Source: Halocafeteria seosinensis
Taxonomy: Eukaryota
DNA length: 64,000 nucleotides
Reading direction: 5' to 3'
NCBI GenBank assembly: GCA_001687465.1
Contig: LVLI01000308.1
Location: 1-64,000 of the forward strand
Positions 24,701 through 39,700 of the stretch are shown here, piece after piece. Within the stretch, counting starts at the first letter, position 1; each line of letters opens with the position of its first letter. The position numbers and the translations under genes are program-made. A model generated the notes under the pieces. That model did no database searches. It saw only the letters and a program-made list of their open reading frames with translations, and was not told the origin of the DNA.

Positions 24701-27700
24701 CCTCATCTGGTAGCGGCGGATCCGGAGGAAGCATTTTGATACAGACGGAAAACCTCAGCGGCAGCGGATATATGTCTGTGAATGGAGGTGATTCGGCAGC
24801 TTGCCCGTCTTCCTTCGGGTTTGTTCCAGCTGCTGGTTCTGGCGGAAGAATCGCCGTTTATACAATGAATGATTCGTTTGCGGGAATGATGCGTTCGTTG
24901 GGTGGTCACTCCAGAGGTAGCAGTGGATTGCCTGCGGCGGGCGCCGCAGGCACAGTCTATATGGTCCTTGCCGACGATTCGGAGAGTTTCAACAAAGTAA
25001 CCTCTGTTCAGAACCCGCGAGAATGTAGCATTTGTAACATGACTATCCGCTTGACAATTGACAATGACCATCGCTTTACTTGGGATGCCGATACAGGAGT
25101 TGTCACAGACCTGAAGAATGCTCCTGGAAAGCACCTCTCATTTGATCGCTTGAGCATCATGGGAGGGGCCCATGTCTCTTTGGAATCCACCGGGATTAGA
25201 AAATCTTCCTTTGGAGTTGCTGAGCTCAGCGGAGATCGTACGGGAAGCATCTCTGTGCGTAACGTATCACAACTGGTCTTCACGGCTCCACGTCAGCGCT
25301 TCGAGCGTTTCACGACAAATATCACCCGAAAGTTTGCTGACGGAGTGTTCTCCCATACACTAACACAATCGCTGCTGATACTTGAGTCAGTACTTGATCT
25401 CAGTGAGGCTCCTATGATATTTGTCCGCTCTGGTGGTAGCATTCACTTTCCTGCCATGACAGTGTTTTCTAGGCCAGTATTAACCCTTGAAAGGGATACG
25501 ATCGTGGATTTTCAGGATGTGGTGTCTACGGGAAACTTCTCTTTGACTCTTGACCAGTTTAGTCGGAGCAGTAATCTAGGACAGGGTGAGTACTCCTTGG
25601 GTGAAGTGCAGCTGATGGACTACACTCGAATATATCTGAGCGAGGTCGAAAAAGTGAAGGCTACGTCTTGGGAAATGCTGGACTACACTACTGTTTTGTT
25701 CGACAACCATTTTTCTCCCTATTTGCAGCTGGATATCTTGCGATCCGTCAGTTTAAGCGAGAATGCCTCATTTCTTGGTATTGGAGGTGGTATGTTGAGC
25801 AATGAGAGCGAACCATTTGACTCTTGCGGAGACTCAACGCAACCGCAAGGATCGGGTGGCATTCATGCTGGGTTCGGTGGGAAATCACGTATAGATACCA
25901 CTGTTGCTTGCGGTCACTACGAGCGCCCGTCTAATAGAGGAAGCGGTGGAAGATCAATTGCTGACGCAAATGGAGGCGCCGGAGGTGGCAGTCTACTGCT
26001 TTTTGCCAATGGAACAAGAGGTTCATCTGTTGTGGTTGACGGGGTGTTGGATGTTAGTGGTGAGGACGGGCTGATTGCTTCAAGTGGTGATCATGGCAGC
26101 GGCGGAGGAGCAGGGGGTAGCTTATTCCTCGTTACCTATTTGCTGGGAGGAAGTGGCGTCATATCGGGAAACGGGGGAATAGGAGCAGAAGCCGACGCAA
26201 GCGGCGGAAGTGGCTCTGGAGGCCGAATATCACTAGTTGCCAGTGAACATTCAGCGTTCGAAGGGACTCTGGAAGCAATAGGAGGAGGAGGTGCACATCC
26301 TGGCGGCGCAGGAACAATTTACGCTGAAGTTAATTCTACGGAAACTGTCACAAGAACCCTCCTTCTAGATAATGGAGGTAAGACCCGGGCAGACATCGAT
26401 GAGCTGAGTAGCGTGTCTACTCTTGGTATTGCAGACTCGGTCGAGCTGACTATCGACAAAGTAGAAACAAAGGGTGGGTCTCATTTTGCGCCGTCGCTGC
26501 CTCGACACCCTTTAGATGTGATTAATGTGCTGGTTGGATCTTTCGACGGAGATGGGATAAGCCGGCTCTCTGTGTTCAACGGCTCTCAGATGTTTGTCTT
26601 CGGAGTCGACAAGGAGGGAGCCATTGATGGCCCTCTGTGGCCTGCAGAAGTAGAAATAGAAACAGGATCTGCATTTCGAACACTACGTCTGGAACGAAGT
26701 TTTGCTACATCTGGTCTTCACGTGGACGACCTGGATGTCTTTGTTGAGCGCGACGGGGCCCTTACTCTACCGGAAAATAGCACGTTCGAAGACAATTTCG
26801 TTGACATCAATGGGAAGATTTCTGGTACCACAAACCTTCATTTGGCTCATAATACTGTGTTGACGCTTGAAGGGTCTTCGTCGTATGGCTTTGGTGATGT
26901 GCTACTGACTGGAAATGCAACGCTAGTATTACATAATATCAGGAGTGTGAGCGCTCGCTCGTTCGACTTACGAGATCTCAGTACTATCAAAATTGTTAAC
27001 AATGAGTCAGAAGGCATAACGTTTGAGAGTGCCAAATTCTTCAAGGTGGGTGCAGGCGCAGCTGTTGTTGCTGATGGAGGTGGTATGGCTGCCGACACTG
27101 TGGATCCCAATTCAGACTGCGAGGCTGCATCCTCCGGCAATGTATACGCCACACGGGGTGCTGGAGGGTCACTTGCAGGTCGCGGTGGACTATCACTTAG
27201 TGGATCCTGTGGTATCTTCAACAATTCGGATCTTCGGGGCAGTGGAGGAGAGAGCATTTTTTCAGTCCGAGGAGGTCGGGGTGGTGGGTCTATATCCATT
27301 GTTGCTGGTTCTGCCGATGGTCTGGTTCAGGTCAACGGGGTAGTCTCATGCGAGGGAGAAGCAGGCTCTTCTAATGGCACGGTATCCAGCGGAGGAGGCA
27401 GCGGTGGTAGCATCGTTGTAGTGGCTCATAGAGTCATCGGTAGCGGTAACATGAGTGTCAGAGGTGGCGCCGGGGGTGGTGCAGGTGACGTTATTGGTGG
27501 CTCAGGTTCTGGTGGCCGAATTAGTGTTTACAGCAACATAACTGATTTCGAAGGAGAATTGATAGCGTTATCCGATGGAGTTCATCCTGCCTCTCCTGGG
27601 GTGATATTTGTCGAACAAGGGATACTTGGTACTGGGACCTTGACGACCTCTGGGCAATCTTGTACTAGCGACGATTGCTTACACGAAGTGTCTTTGGACA

Positions 27701-30700
27701 GCACGTCTTATTACGGAAGACCTATATCCACGATGAACGTTAGCGTCGCTCTGCTGAAGCTGTTACCTTCTGTGGAGGAGGATCTCTCTCCTTACGCCCT
27801 TGTAGCCACTGACACTGATGTGCGGCTATTGTGCGAAGATTGCTCTGCTTCCTCTTTCACAAGTTTGGAGTTAAGGGGCGTATCGACACTCAAGTTTGTC
27901 CCGACTTTAGACGAAATTCTGACTATGAGTCTTACTTTCTCTGATTTCATTGTGGTGGATGATGAAAGTGTAATCGATGTATCAGGGCAAGGATTCCTCA
28001 GCGAAGAGGCGGACGCGGAATGTGGCGTAAGCTCTGATGGTAGTGGTGGTAGCTATGGGGGCCAGGGGGGCGAATCCTCGCCGGCACCTTGCGGCAATCT
28101 GTCCCATCCTATCATAGCTGGTACAGGCGGCGGAGGTGGATTTAATGGAAAAGCAGGTGGTCGAGGTGGTGGCGCTCTAGTGTTGAACGGAAACTCTTCC
28201 ATGACACGTGTAACGCTGAACGGTCAGATCCTTGCTAATGGCGCTAATGGTACAGTTGTCAGCAATGCCTCGGAAGCCGGAGGGGGTGGAAGTGGGGGTA
28301 GCATATTGGTTCTCACTCACACTCTTCAGGGACACGGGAACTTCCACGTTGACGGGGGAAATGGTGTATCGAACAGTGGAATGCTCTTTGCTGGTTCTTC
28401 CGGAGGAGCTGGTGGCCGAATAGCTTTGTACTCAGATAATTCTGTAGACTTCTCTGGTAACGGTTCCAGCAAGGGAGGTAGCGGAGACGGCATCGACAAG
28501 ATTGGCACAGCGGGTACGGTCTTGCTTGCCTCTCGGAACTCCTCATGGGGTGGCTCCGTTGAGAATCAGCGCTTGTTTCGCCTAGAGGTTGATAACTCTC
28601 GAGCATCTTATGGGAGCAGTTTTCTTACTTTACTTCCGAATGATACTGTTGAGTATTTGTTCGACCAGCTGTATCTTGCAGGAGGGAGCAGATTTGGTAT
28701 CATGCCACCCGTTCGGCTACCGTATCAGCCAACCGGTATAGCTTTGACTCTTAGAGAATTCTCTGGAGATGGAAGTGGCCGTCTTGAAGTGGGGAAGGAT
28801 ATTGATATCAGTATTCTTGGACCCGACGATAGTAACGTAACCGCACATCACCCTTACACACGGATATCGACTGAAGGTTCCGAACGTTCATGGCGCCTGA
28901 GTCGCACTACAAGTAAATGGATTGCCCATTCATTTCAGTTAGACTTTGCTGATGTATTAGTAGAAGAAGAGGGGTCCCTGTTTTTGCCTCAAAATACTAC
29001 TTTGCTGCGGCATCGAATGGATATATTTGGTCATATCGGCAATTCCGAAAACTTGCGAATAGGGACCGGTGGTTGTGTAAAACTTTCGGGGAAAGGTGGT
29101 TTTGACCGAGATCATATAGGCACATACGTATTTGACGAGTTACTGCTGTACGGAGATGGGGAACTACATTTGGATGGCGTTCACAGTATCAATAGTTCGT
29201 CTGTGGAGCTAGAAGGTGGTACTTCAGTCGTCAGTGAGAACTGGGATACGTTTGGTGTCCAGATTTTTATCGATGAGTACTTCATTATTCGGGAGGGTGC
29301 AGAATGGAGTGCAATTGGATTTAATGAGTCGTTTGACCAGCTAATTGAAGACTGTTCACTGCCGTCTCCAGGAAGCGGTGGCACGTATGGTGGCACCGGT
29401 GGGCTAGCCAATGCTCCACCCTGTGGCGAATTTGATGCTCCGTTTAGATTAGGTGTACCAGGAGGCTCGGTTGGACGCAACGGTACACGCGGCGGTGGTG
29501 GAATCTTCATCTTGGGATTTGACGACGATACAGATCTTAGTATAGTCGTTGATGGAATAGTTGACGTGAGTGGGGAGGCTGAATCCCTGGATGGTCAATC
29601 AGGGGGTGGAAGTGGAGGAAGTGTCTACCTGTCCGGTAAGTCTGTATCCGGAAGTGGTGTGATTGAAGCATGCGGAGGGGACTCGCGAAGCTTTGGAGCG
29701 GGCAGCGGTGGAAGAATTGCCATTAGAGGCCGCGATAGCGTTTCTTTTGACGGTACCATATCGGCGTTTGGAGGGGACTCTCCTGTTGCACCAGGCTCTG
29801 CTGGTACTATACTAACTGAGATTACGGCAACCGGAACGGCGAAAGTAGTCATCGACAACAAAAATATCATATCCGCGAATAACAGCTTAACTGCTTTGAG
29901 TCGCTCGCTTCGCACCGAGTACAGCATATCTGAGCTAAGTTTGGTGAATAACTCCCGTTTGCAATGGAGTCTTCGTGAGTATGTTCCTTCGGTGCTCGTC
30001 AAGGGCTCTCTAACAGTTTCCTCTGGAAGCATTCTGGATGTTGAAGCGAATGGCGATTTTGTTGGTGAATTAGAGTTCACTGGAGACGTTTTCATTCGCT
30101 CTTCCCTGAACTTGCAGAACGTCAGTCGGGTAACCTCCCAAAGTTTGGAAATTTGTGGATCAAATGGGCGCGTTTTTGTGTCTTCACCTTCGTCAGTGCT
30201 CACACTTGAAGCCTCTGCCATGGTTAAAGTGTGCGAAAATGCTTCAATTGAAGGCACTGGAGGAGGCAGTAGTTTTAATGCTCTTGGCGACTGCTCCGTT
30301 AGTCCTCCTGGAATTGGGGGAAGTTACGGTGGACGTTCACTGAATGGAACCTCACCCTGCGGTGATTTCACTCTTGAGGAGGTAATCCCTGGTATTGGCG
30401 GAGGCTCTTATCCTATCGATGCTATGTCTAATGGCGGTCGAGGCGGGGCTGCTCTTCGAATCGTTGCGAATGTTACTGGTATGTCGACAGTTATTGTCGA
30501 CGGGAGCATAAACTTACAGGGTACCGGTGGGAACAATGGAGGAGGGAGTGGCTCAGGTGGTAGCCTTTCGGTCGATTGCGATATATTTACGGGAAGTGCA
30601 ACTGGCTTCATCACAGCAGAAGGAGGTGTAGGTCAGTTTTCGGGGGGAGCAGGAAGCGGAGGACGACTGGCGTTTTATGCAAAGAAGGAAAACAATTTCG

Positions 30701-33700
30701 AAGGGGCGGTTCGCAGTTATGGGGGTAATGACGAACATGGCATGCAAGCCGCTGCAGGAACAGTGTATTGGCATGTTGGCCCGCGCGATGTCTTTAACCA
30801 GTCTACCGTTATAGTTGACAACAACATTTTGTTCGATGCTCCGGACTTCGATGATCCTAGGTACACGTGGCTCTCTGGAACATGTTATCCCGTATTTTCA
30901 GTGAACGAGGTAATTGTGAGGAATTCAGGCAGACTCGAGTTCGGCGATTTGCTTGACATGGATTGTGAAAGTGATGTACTTCTTACTGGTTCTGTTTCGT
31001 TTTTGGACCACTCCCAAGGGAGATGGCTTTTGAACGGTACCAACGGTAGAAATAGGTTTGAACTGGAAGGAGACCTGCTAGTGTCATCAGAGTCGTCAAT
31101 CTTGCTTCATGATATGGACGTTTTCAGGGGTAACAACGCAACAATAAGCGACGATAGCCATGTGTTCATTTCCAATGTTGGAACCAGGGGAACTCGGTTT
31201 TCGTTTAACTCGGGCTTCAAGGTTGATTTGACGTCTTCCGTACGAGGCGACGGATTCGGCTTTCCAGGAGGCAGCTCTAACCGCATTGCAGGGTGCTCAC
31301 TTGGGTCAATGAAAGGAAGCGGGGGTAGTTTTGGAGGGCGCGGAGGCCGTGGAGGAAGTTTCGGATGCGGTGCTGTGGACGATACCTTCTTGAGAGGTAG
31401 TGGGGGACGCGATGGTTCTAATTCGGCCGTCTCGGGTGGTGCGGGAGGTAATGGTATCGGAATTTCTGTAGACCTCAGCAAGGGTGTAATGGAAATTGAT
31501 GGTGTCATTAGTATGGATGGTCTTAATGGATTGGACTCTGTTGGTGTTGCTGTGGCTGGAGGTGGTGGAAGTGGAGGGAGTATCACTCTTGTTGGTGCCT
31601 ACCTCCGAGGCTCTGGCCGCCTATCCTCGTCTGGTGGTGATGGAGGAGCAAACACTGATAACGTTGAGCTAAGTGGTGGAGGTGGAAGCGGAGGACGTGT
31701 ACATCTCCGCGTAGTTGATGCTGGAGATTTTAATGGACGTGTGGAAACGATTGGAGGATACGTTGATGCGGGCAATGCTCCTAGATTTCTTCTAGGCGCT
31801 GCGGGAACTTCCTTTTGGGAAACCGGGGAGATAATAGTCGGCAGTGTTGATTTGGATGAAGTCCCCGCAGGGGAGTATCGGAAGGTTGTGATAGACAACG
31901 GGGACCAAATAACTTTTCGTGTGGATGATTTTTCTGAAGAGGAATGGAATCCTTCCCGGTTAAGTTATCCGGAAGCCCAGTCGTATTCTTTGAATTCTAC
32001 AGTTATCAAAGGCACATCACGTCTGTTCATAGATGCATCAGCAAGTGGAGTCTTGGTCGGCCGAGACATTACAGTTGAGAACGGGTCTCGTTTGGATATT
32101 ACAGGCTCTCCGGACTTTGCTATCGGTAACATTTCAATTACGGGGGAGCTTACGTTCCACCCAACGAGCTCTGCCTCTTTGAGAGATGTACGCAGTGTGA
32201 GTGTAGGATCAATGACTATCGGGAAGGGCTCTATCGTTCGAGCTTTGAACCACCACTCACCGGGTTTGGAAGTGTTCACGACGGATACTTTCCGATTGGA
32301 CCAAGAGGCGGTCCTTGATGGTAGTGGTGGTGGTGTGATGGAGGATATAAGATTTATCGGTGATTGTAATGTGTTAGATAACTCCAGTGCTGGGGCAAGC
32401 TATGGGGGAGTAGGCGGTGGAGCTGCGGCGGTGCCATGTGGGCGTTTCGACAGTGCTTTGCTTCGTGGAATCCGGGGCGGATCAACGGGCCTGAGCAAAG
32501 GTGGAGCCGGCGGCAATCACATATCCATTACAGTGGAAACAGCCGTAGTCAACGGAAATATTAACGTGAATGGATACCCGGGTCAGGAAGATGCCACTGG
32601 AGGGAGTGGTGGTGGCAGTGGAGGGAGTGTAGTTTTGGATGCTTGGGAGATTTCAGGGTCTGGTAAGGTTCTTGCTGATGGAGGTGGTAGTGGCGGATGT
32701 AGTGAGGGATCTTGCGAGCTTGAGGCCGGTAGTGGCAGTGGTGGACGTATTGTTTTAAAATCCGCGATTCTGAGTGACAGTTTTGCCAGTTCTGCGGTGG
32801 GTGGAAGCACAGGCATTCCTGGAAGCGCCGGTACACTGATGTATTGTAGTTTGCCGTCCTGCAGCAATCGCAGAACTATTATCAACAATTCTGATAATAA
32901 GGCGCCCGGTCATACTGCACTTTCAGGGCAACGCGACTCCTCATACTCAGTCGGGCAGTTGAGCGTTTCGCACGGCAAGCTACGAATTGAGCCTCCAAGG
33001 GGTGGCGCTCGTCTTGTAGGTAGCGTAGATGTGCACTCCCGAGGAAATCTGGAGCTAACGAGTGAAAGGCAAGTAGACATAGATGGGGAGTTCGATATCA
33101 CCGAATCTTTAACTGTTGACGGCACTGGCAGTGTAGTCATACTGCGGGAAATCGTATCGCTCGCTGTTGGATCTTCTATTGGTATAACGGAAGGAGCTGT
33201 AGGCACTTTTTCGAATCATCGCTCTTCCGGATTAACTGTCTCAGCAAACGATTCTATAACTGTAGACGGTATGAGTTTCGTGAGTGGAGATGGAGGAGGG
33301 TTCATGGCTGGCCTCGCCGATGGCAATGCCGGATGCGGTTCTGCTTCAGATGGTAGTGGAGGCAGTCATGGAGGCTCATCGGCCAATGGTCCTCGTCCTT
33401 GTGGATCGTTTGATAACCCATTGCTCCGAGGCTCCGGTGGTGCTGGCGTGGGTTCAAATGGACTTGGGGGCGCAGGAGGCGGGGCATTAGTCTTGAACTC
33501 TTCAGTGGGAATACACGTGGAGGGAAACATCACGTGCGATGGAAATGATTCCCTACTAAGCGGTGGAGGGGGTGCTGGTGGAAGTATCCTTGTCAAGTGC
33601 AATAGCTTGTCGGGCAGTGGCGTCCTCAGTGCCAACGGTGGTATAGGACAAGAAAGTGGTTCTGCTGGGGGTGGTGGTCGCATTGGAATAATCACAAGTG

Positions 33701-36700
33701 AGTCGTCGTTCGATGGTATGGTCACAACACATGGAGGCAGGTCTCCACAAGCGGGTGCGGCCGGAACAATATGGTGGAATCTCGCTGATGAGTTGAGGAC
33801 TGTAGCTGTAGACAACGGTGGCCTGGACACTGGCGGTGTGTTTGATGACCGATATACATGGATAGCCGCGACATTACGCCCTGTATATGAGATTGATAGC
33901 ATCGAAGTACTTAGAAATGGAAAACTGAAGGCTCATACAGCCACAGGTGACGGGAGTAGTACAGCGTACCTCGGCAACATTACAGTCTCCGACAACTCGC
34001 TTCTGTTTGTTGAACCATTTGGGATTTCTGAGAACTCTTTCGGAACTGTTGCTATTGAAGGGCTGCTAGGTGCTCGGGATTCAGCTACCATCTATTCACA
34101 AAATATCCGGATGTTGGAGGCAGACTCCGTCAAGCTTGCCGATACGAGTAAGATGGTCGTCTTGTCAACGCTGGGCCAGCCTTTACCGCTTGCACTGGAA
34201 GTTGGCAGCACGTTGCTGGTCTCACCCGGTGCAGGCATTGATGGCAAGGGAGCTGGTTATGAAGGAAATGTTTCAAATAACGAAGCTGGATGCTCTCGGG
34301 GCATGAGAGCTGGGAGTGGTGCAAGCTTTGCCGGGCTTGGCGGTAAGGTGGACGTAAACGAGTTGCATACGACATGCGGTGCTTATGATGATGTTCTTAT
34401 TGTTGGTAGTGGAGGTAACTCCGCCGAGGGCAGTGATATGAATGGGGGAAGTGGCGGTCTCGGGATGTCAATTAGAACCCGGAANACTGCAAGCTTTGTT
34501 CAGGTCGATGGGTTTATCAACATGAATGGCAACGATGGAGTTGCTGGAGGTGGTGGAGGCTCTGGCGGTGGACTTCTCCTGAGCACTCCCTGGTTCTTTG
34601 GTACTGGATTGATATCATGCAACGGAGGATCCGGGGGCTCTGGGGATGGTGGCGGTGGATCTGGTGGTCGTATTTTAGCTGAGGTGAATCAAAGTGACTT
34701 CGAAGGTCAGGTAGAGGCCTACGGAGGCGGTACCTCAGTCAGTTTACGGGGAGCTGCGGGGACAATCGCGTGGATTTTTACAAGCGATCGCGATTCTTTC
34801 CCACCTCCTACTATTCTCTCAGCTGTTGATTATGTTTCCGTTAACAATGGTGATGATCATCCTGGGAAATCGTTCACCGTGTTATCTGCCCCGGGGCGAA
34901 AAGTGTACAACATAACACAGCTCGATGTCAGCGATGGTGCTGCGGTTTTCACGGAGGTTCCCTCCGATGTTTTGTTCCAGGGAAGTATTGATGTATCTAT
35001 TAGCGCGAGGATAGACCTAAACGGTAGTGGAGTACTTTCCTCCGCGAGTCGTGTGAGTTTCGAGGGCTCGGTGAACGTAGTTCATAGATCTACTGTGAAC
35101 ATAGTGAACGTGGCTGAGTTTCACTCCATTGAAGGGTCCGTTACCGTAGGTCATAGATCTACTATGAACATAGTGAACGTGAGTGAGTTTCACTCCATTG
35201 AGGGCTCGGTGACAGTGGGTGATAGATCTATTATGAACATAGTGAACGTGGTCGAGTTTCACTCTAAGGAAACGCAAGTGCTTTCAGGTGGAAGCTTAGT
35301 TGCGGCCAATCCGCACTCATCGGGTATTCGGCTAAAAGTTGACGAAACATTTGCTGTGGAAGTTAACGGACTGGTTTCAGGTAATGGGGGTGGTATACTC
35401 CCAGGAGCTGATACCCTAGATGGAGATTGCGTTATCGAGAAATCTGCGAGTGCTGTTAGTGGAGGAAGTCACGGGGGAAAAGGCGGATTTGGTTCGCCCC
35501 CATGTGGTTATTTTAATGCGACGACATTGCGAGGTGCGCCAGGAGAATCCAGTTCGGGGTTGCTTGGGGGTCAAGGTGGTAACTTCATGTATATTGAAGC
35601 CCAATACGGCGTAATAATTGTGAATGGCAGTTTTTCCGTTGGTGGGGAAGATGGAAAAGCTGGAGCAACGTCAGCAAGCGGTGGAGGAGCTGGTGGCTCT
35701 GTCTCATTGTTGGCGGAAGAACTGTCAGGTACAGGAGAAATTGTAGCCAATGGTGGAGATGGGACCAAAGTGTCCAACGCGGTTGTTTCTGGTAGTGGTG
35801 GTGGTGGCCGTATTGCCATCCGTGTTGAAAGAGATACATTTTCTGGAACTTTAGAGGCGTTTGGCGGGATAGGGGGTAAGGTTGGATCGCCTGGTACTGT
35901 TTACTTTGAACACCTTGATACCCTGAAAAAGACTGTGGAAGTTAACCATGCCAATAGGGATGATGATGATTCCATGGTGACCCAACTTTCTGGGCCACCT
36001 CTGGAAACCTACGATGTCGACGTTCTGCGTGTGCTGGGTGGGTCGAGGCTGAGGATCCCCCCTCATGCTGATGGTAACGTTACCATTGATGGCGCACTTG
36101 CTGTTAGTGACAGTTATGTGACGTTAAGTTGTGACGGCGGAAGTATTGACTTCGCGGACAAGGTTTCTTTGCTGGGCAAAACTGTCGCGAAGATTCAAGG
36201 GTGTTCTGCCACAGAGGCGGAGCGGCTCATTATGATGGAAGGTGCTGAAATTGATGTTCTTCAAGGCTTTCAGGAATATGCATTTCGTAGCCGTAGCGAC
36301 ATTTCTGTTGACCAAAATAGTATCATAGACGGAACTGGAAAAGGGATGCCTGCAGGTGAGGCGGATGTGGGTTGCTCCCCTACGAAACAGCTCGACGAAG
36401 AAGGGCTAGGTGGTAGTTTTGCTGGTCGTTCTCTCAATGGACCACCACCCTGTGGTAAGTTCGATACAACAGGAATCCGAGGAAGCGGAGGTAGTGGCAG
36501 TGGGGAGGATGCTGGTGGAGCTGGTGGAGGTGCCCTCTCTCTCTTTGCCAGCAACAGAATTGATGTGAATGGAACGGTTGAGTGCAATGGGGCTAATGGA
36601 GAAGGCGCTGCCGGGGGTGGTTCTGGAGGTAGCTTGCTCATTGTGAGTGAGACTCTCAGCGGTAGTGGAGTACTTAGCGTAAATGGTGGAGAGGGTGGAC

Positions 36701-39700
36701 ACGCTGGAGGTGGAGGCCGCTTGGTACTGGTTACAAGAAGCGGATCGGAAGGATTCGAAGGTACCGCTGCTGCTTTTGGGGGAATTTCGGACAAAGCAGC
36801 AGCTGCAGGGACTGTCTATTGGGACGGAAGTATGTGGGAAACTGGGGAGACGTTGCTCGTGGTCGATAATAACGGTGCCAGCACAGGCGATGTCGATGAT
36901 CACCGATATACTCCCGTTTTTAAGGAGTCACAGGAAATATTTAACGTGTCTCGATTGGATATCAGGGGCAAGAGCAAAGTACTTATAGAGCCTCTAATCG
37001 ATCATAGGGAGGTGCACGCTTCGGGGGGATTGCTTATTAGGGATAATTCCCTTGTTCTGTTGAGAAATTTGGAAGCCGACTCCAAACCTAAATTTTCCGT
37101 GTCGTTCTCAGAGAGCATGCAAGTGACGTCTGGCAGCAGTCTGTATATTCGCGATGTTGAACGATTGCGTGGGAAGAGCATGTCGTTAGATGGTGCAAGT
37201 CGAATGCGAGTGGAAGGAGACTTCTTGCCTGCTTTCAGTATGGATGTGGTGGACTCACTGTTTGTCTCTAGTGGCTCATATATTGATGCTATCTATTTGG
37301 AAGACAACGGGGATTCCAAAGGGTGTTCTCCTCCTGCAGATAGGTTAATCTTCGCTTCTCCGGGTGGAGGAGCTGGCTATGGGGGTGACGGGGGTGGTCG
37401 TGTAAGTAGCAAACCAACTGCGGCTTGTGGTTCGTTTGTGGATCCGCGATACCCTGGTAGCGAAGGGGTTGGTGTCCGTGTAGATCAATTGCGGACATGG
37501 GGAGGAAAAGGGGGGTTGGCGCTGTTTCTGCGAGTCCTGTCCTTGGAGGGTGTGGCTAAAGTTTCAGGCGAAATTCGCGTAAATGGGCGTAAAGGTGAGG
37601 ATGATCTGTCAACTGAAAATGGATTTGGGGCAGGTGGCGGTAGCGGCGGAAGCGTTGTATTGAGCACGAGGTACCTCGTTGGCAACGGCAAAATCCTTGC
37701 GAGAGGTGGAAATGGTGGTGAAGGTATTACTGAAGGAGATGACGGTGGTGGGGGTGGTGGAGGCCGTATTCGAATTAATTCGTTCAATGATTCGTCCTTC
37801 ACAGGCGAAGTTTCTAGCCGAGGTGGGTTCAGCCCAAGGCAGCAAAAACTAAATGGGGCTTCAGGTACTGCAATATGGTGCAGCGTCGCCGCAATGTCCA
37901 ACGTAACGTTAGAGCCCCAGTGTGTGGACATGAAAGTGGTGGTCGACAATGAGCAGAGTTTGTTACAAAATTCAGACACTCGACTGGCCTGGACGGCTTT
38001 GACGGAACAAACAACTGTGGAATTTGATATTGACACTCTGATGGTGTCGGGAGGAGGCCGCTTGCGTTACTCGTTTGGTTCAGACCTTCCGTCATTGAAG
38101 TTCCGAGGGGATGTTGCTATACACGGTTCCTACATAGAATTTACAAGAGATCCTGAAGATCCGATTGATCCGATACTTGTTTCCATAGAGGGCGAGTTGT
38201 CTTTAAGAGACCAATCCACGATTTTGCTGGTGGACATTTCGGATATAAAAACTGGGTCCACTGTACTACATGAGAGCAATATCACAGCGCAAAATCCGTT
38301 TACGCGTGGTGGCATTCGCTTTGTGGTGGATGACGAAATGTCGATACACGAGGATTCTGTAGTTTATGGTGATGGAGGTGGAATATTTCAACGTGGTGTA
38401 GCTGATGGCGACTGCGACTTTCTGCCGCAGCTCGCTGTTTTAGGAGGCGCCGCTGGTGGATCGCACGGTGGCATCGGCGGTGCCGGTAATTTTAATGGCG
38501 ACCAGCAGGTTCGTCCTCCGTGTGGAACCTTTGATGGAATGTGTGGTATATTTGAGGGTGGGAGGTGTCCAAGAGGGGTCGCTGGTGGCTGGTCAAACAA
38601 CAAGGCTGGTGGTGCAGGAGGCAATTCAATCGAAATTTCACTTAACAAGCAAAGCAGCTTGCTGCATATCGATGGCCTGGTAACTGTTGACGGATTAACT
38701 GGCAAGAATGATGCTGCAAACCCCGGAGGTGGGGGCGCTGGCGGATCATTGGTAGTACGCGCTGGCACCGTGAGCGGGAATGGACGACTCTCGGCCAATG
38801 GCGGTAAAGGTGGTTCTTCATCGAGTGGCGCAGGAGGAAGTGGTGGTGGTGGACGCGTGTCCATCTTTGCCAATGATCTGACATTTAGCGGCCCGATCAC
38901 TGTTATGGGTGGAGACAAAGCTGCTGTAGATGGCCACAGGGGTTCTGTTGGGACTGTACTGCAAGAGTTCAACGTATCTTCATCCCGGCGAGAGCGAGTT
39001 GTAATCATCGACAATGCTGACCACCAAGACAGTATGGAAGGGCTTACATTACTTACTGGGGAGGCGCGTTCATTTTATAACGTTGGAACACTGCAGCTGA
39101 AGAACGGTGCTCGGACCGTTTTCCGTTATCCGTCATCGGAACAGAAGATCAACTTCGAGGGGTCTATTTATACGGAGGACAGCCTCCTGGAGCTTGGATT
39201 AAGTGCGTCCTCGGGAAGTGATGATGATTTTGGCTCTATTGCATTAACACAGAATGTTGAAATTATAGGAACCAGCATCGTCTCTCTCGACTACGTCGAT
39301 TCATTGGCTGGAAAGAACCTCGCCGTCCGGGACCGGGGTACCATCGAGTTTGCTCAGAACATTATTCCGCTCGTAACCTTCAATTTCGTGGATTCCGTCG
39401 AAGTAGAAACGTTTGGAAAGATTAATGCGGCTGGGAAAGGATTTGCTGCCGGGGAAGCTGAATTAAGCAGCGGATGCTTTCCGTCGGTCGACTTTGGAGC
39501 GGGTATCGGGGGAAGCTACGGCGGGAACTCGTTCGAAGGCCCACCACCTTGTGGCACTTACGACCGTGGGGGAATCCGAGGCGGTGGAGGCAGTGATGAC
39601 AATAATGGTAACTCAGGAGGTGCTGGTGGTGGAGCAGTGATCATTGAGACTAGTAGTGGTCCCCAGTCCTTTATTGAAATCGACGGCTTAGTGAGCTGTA

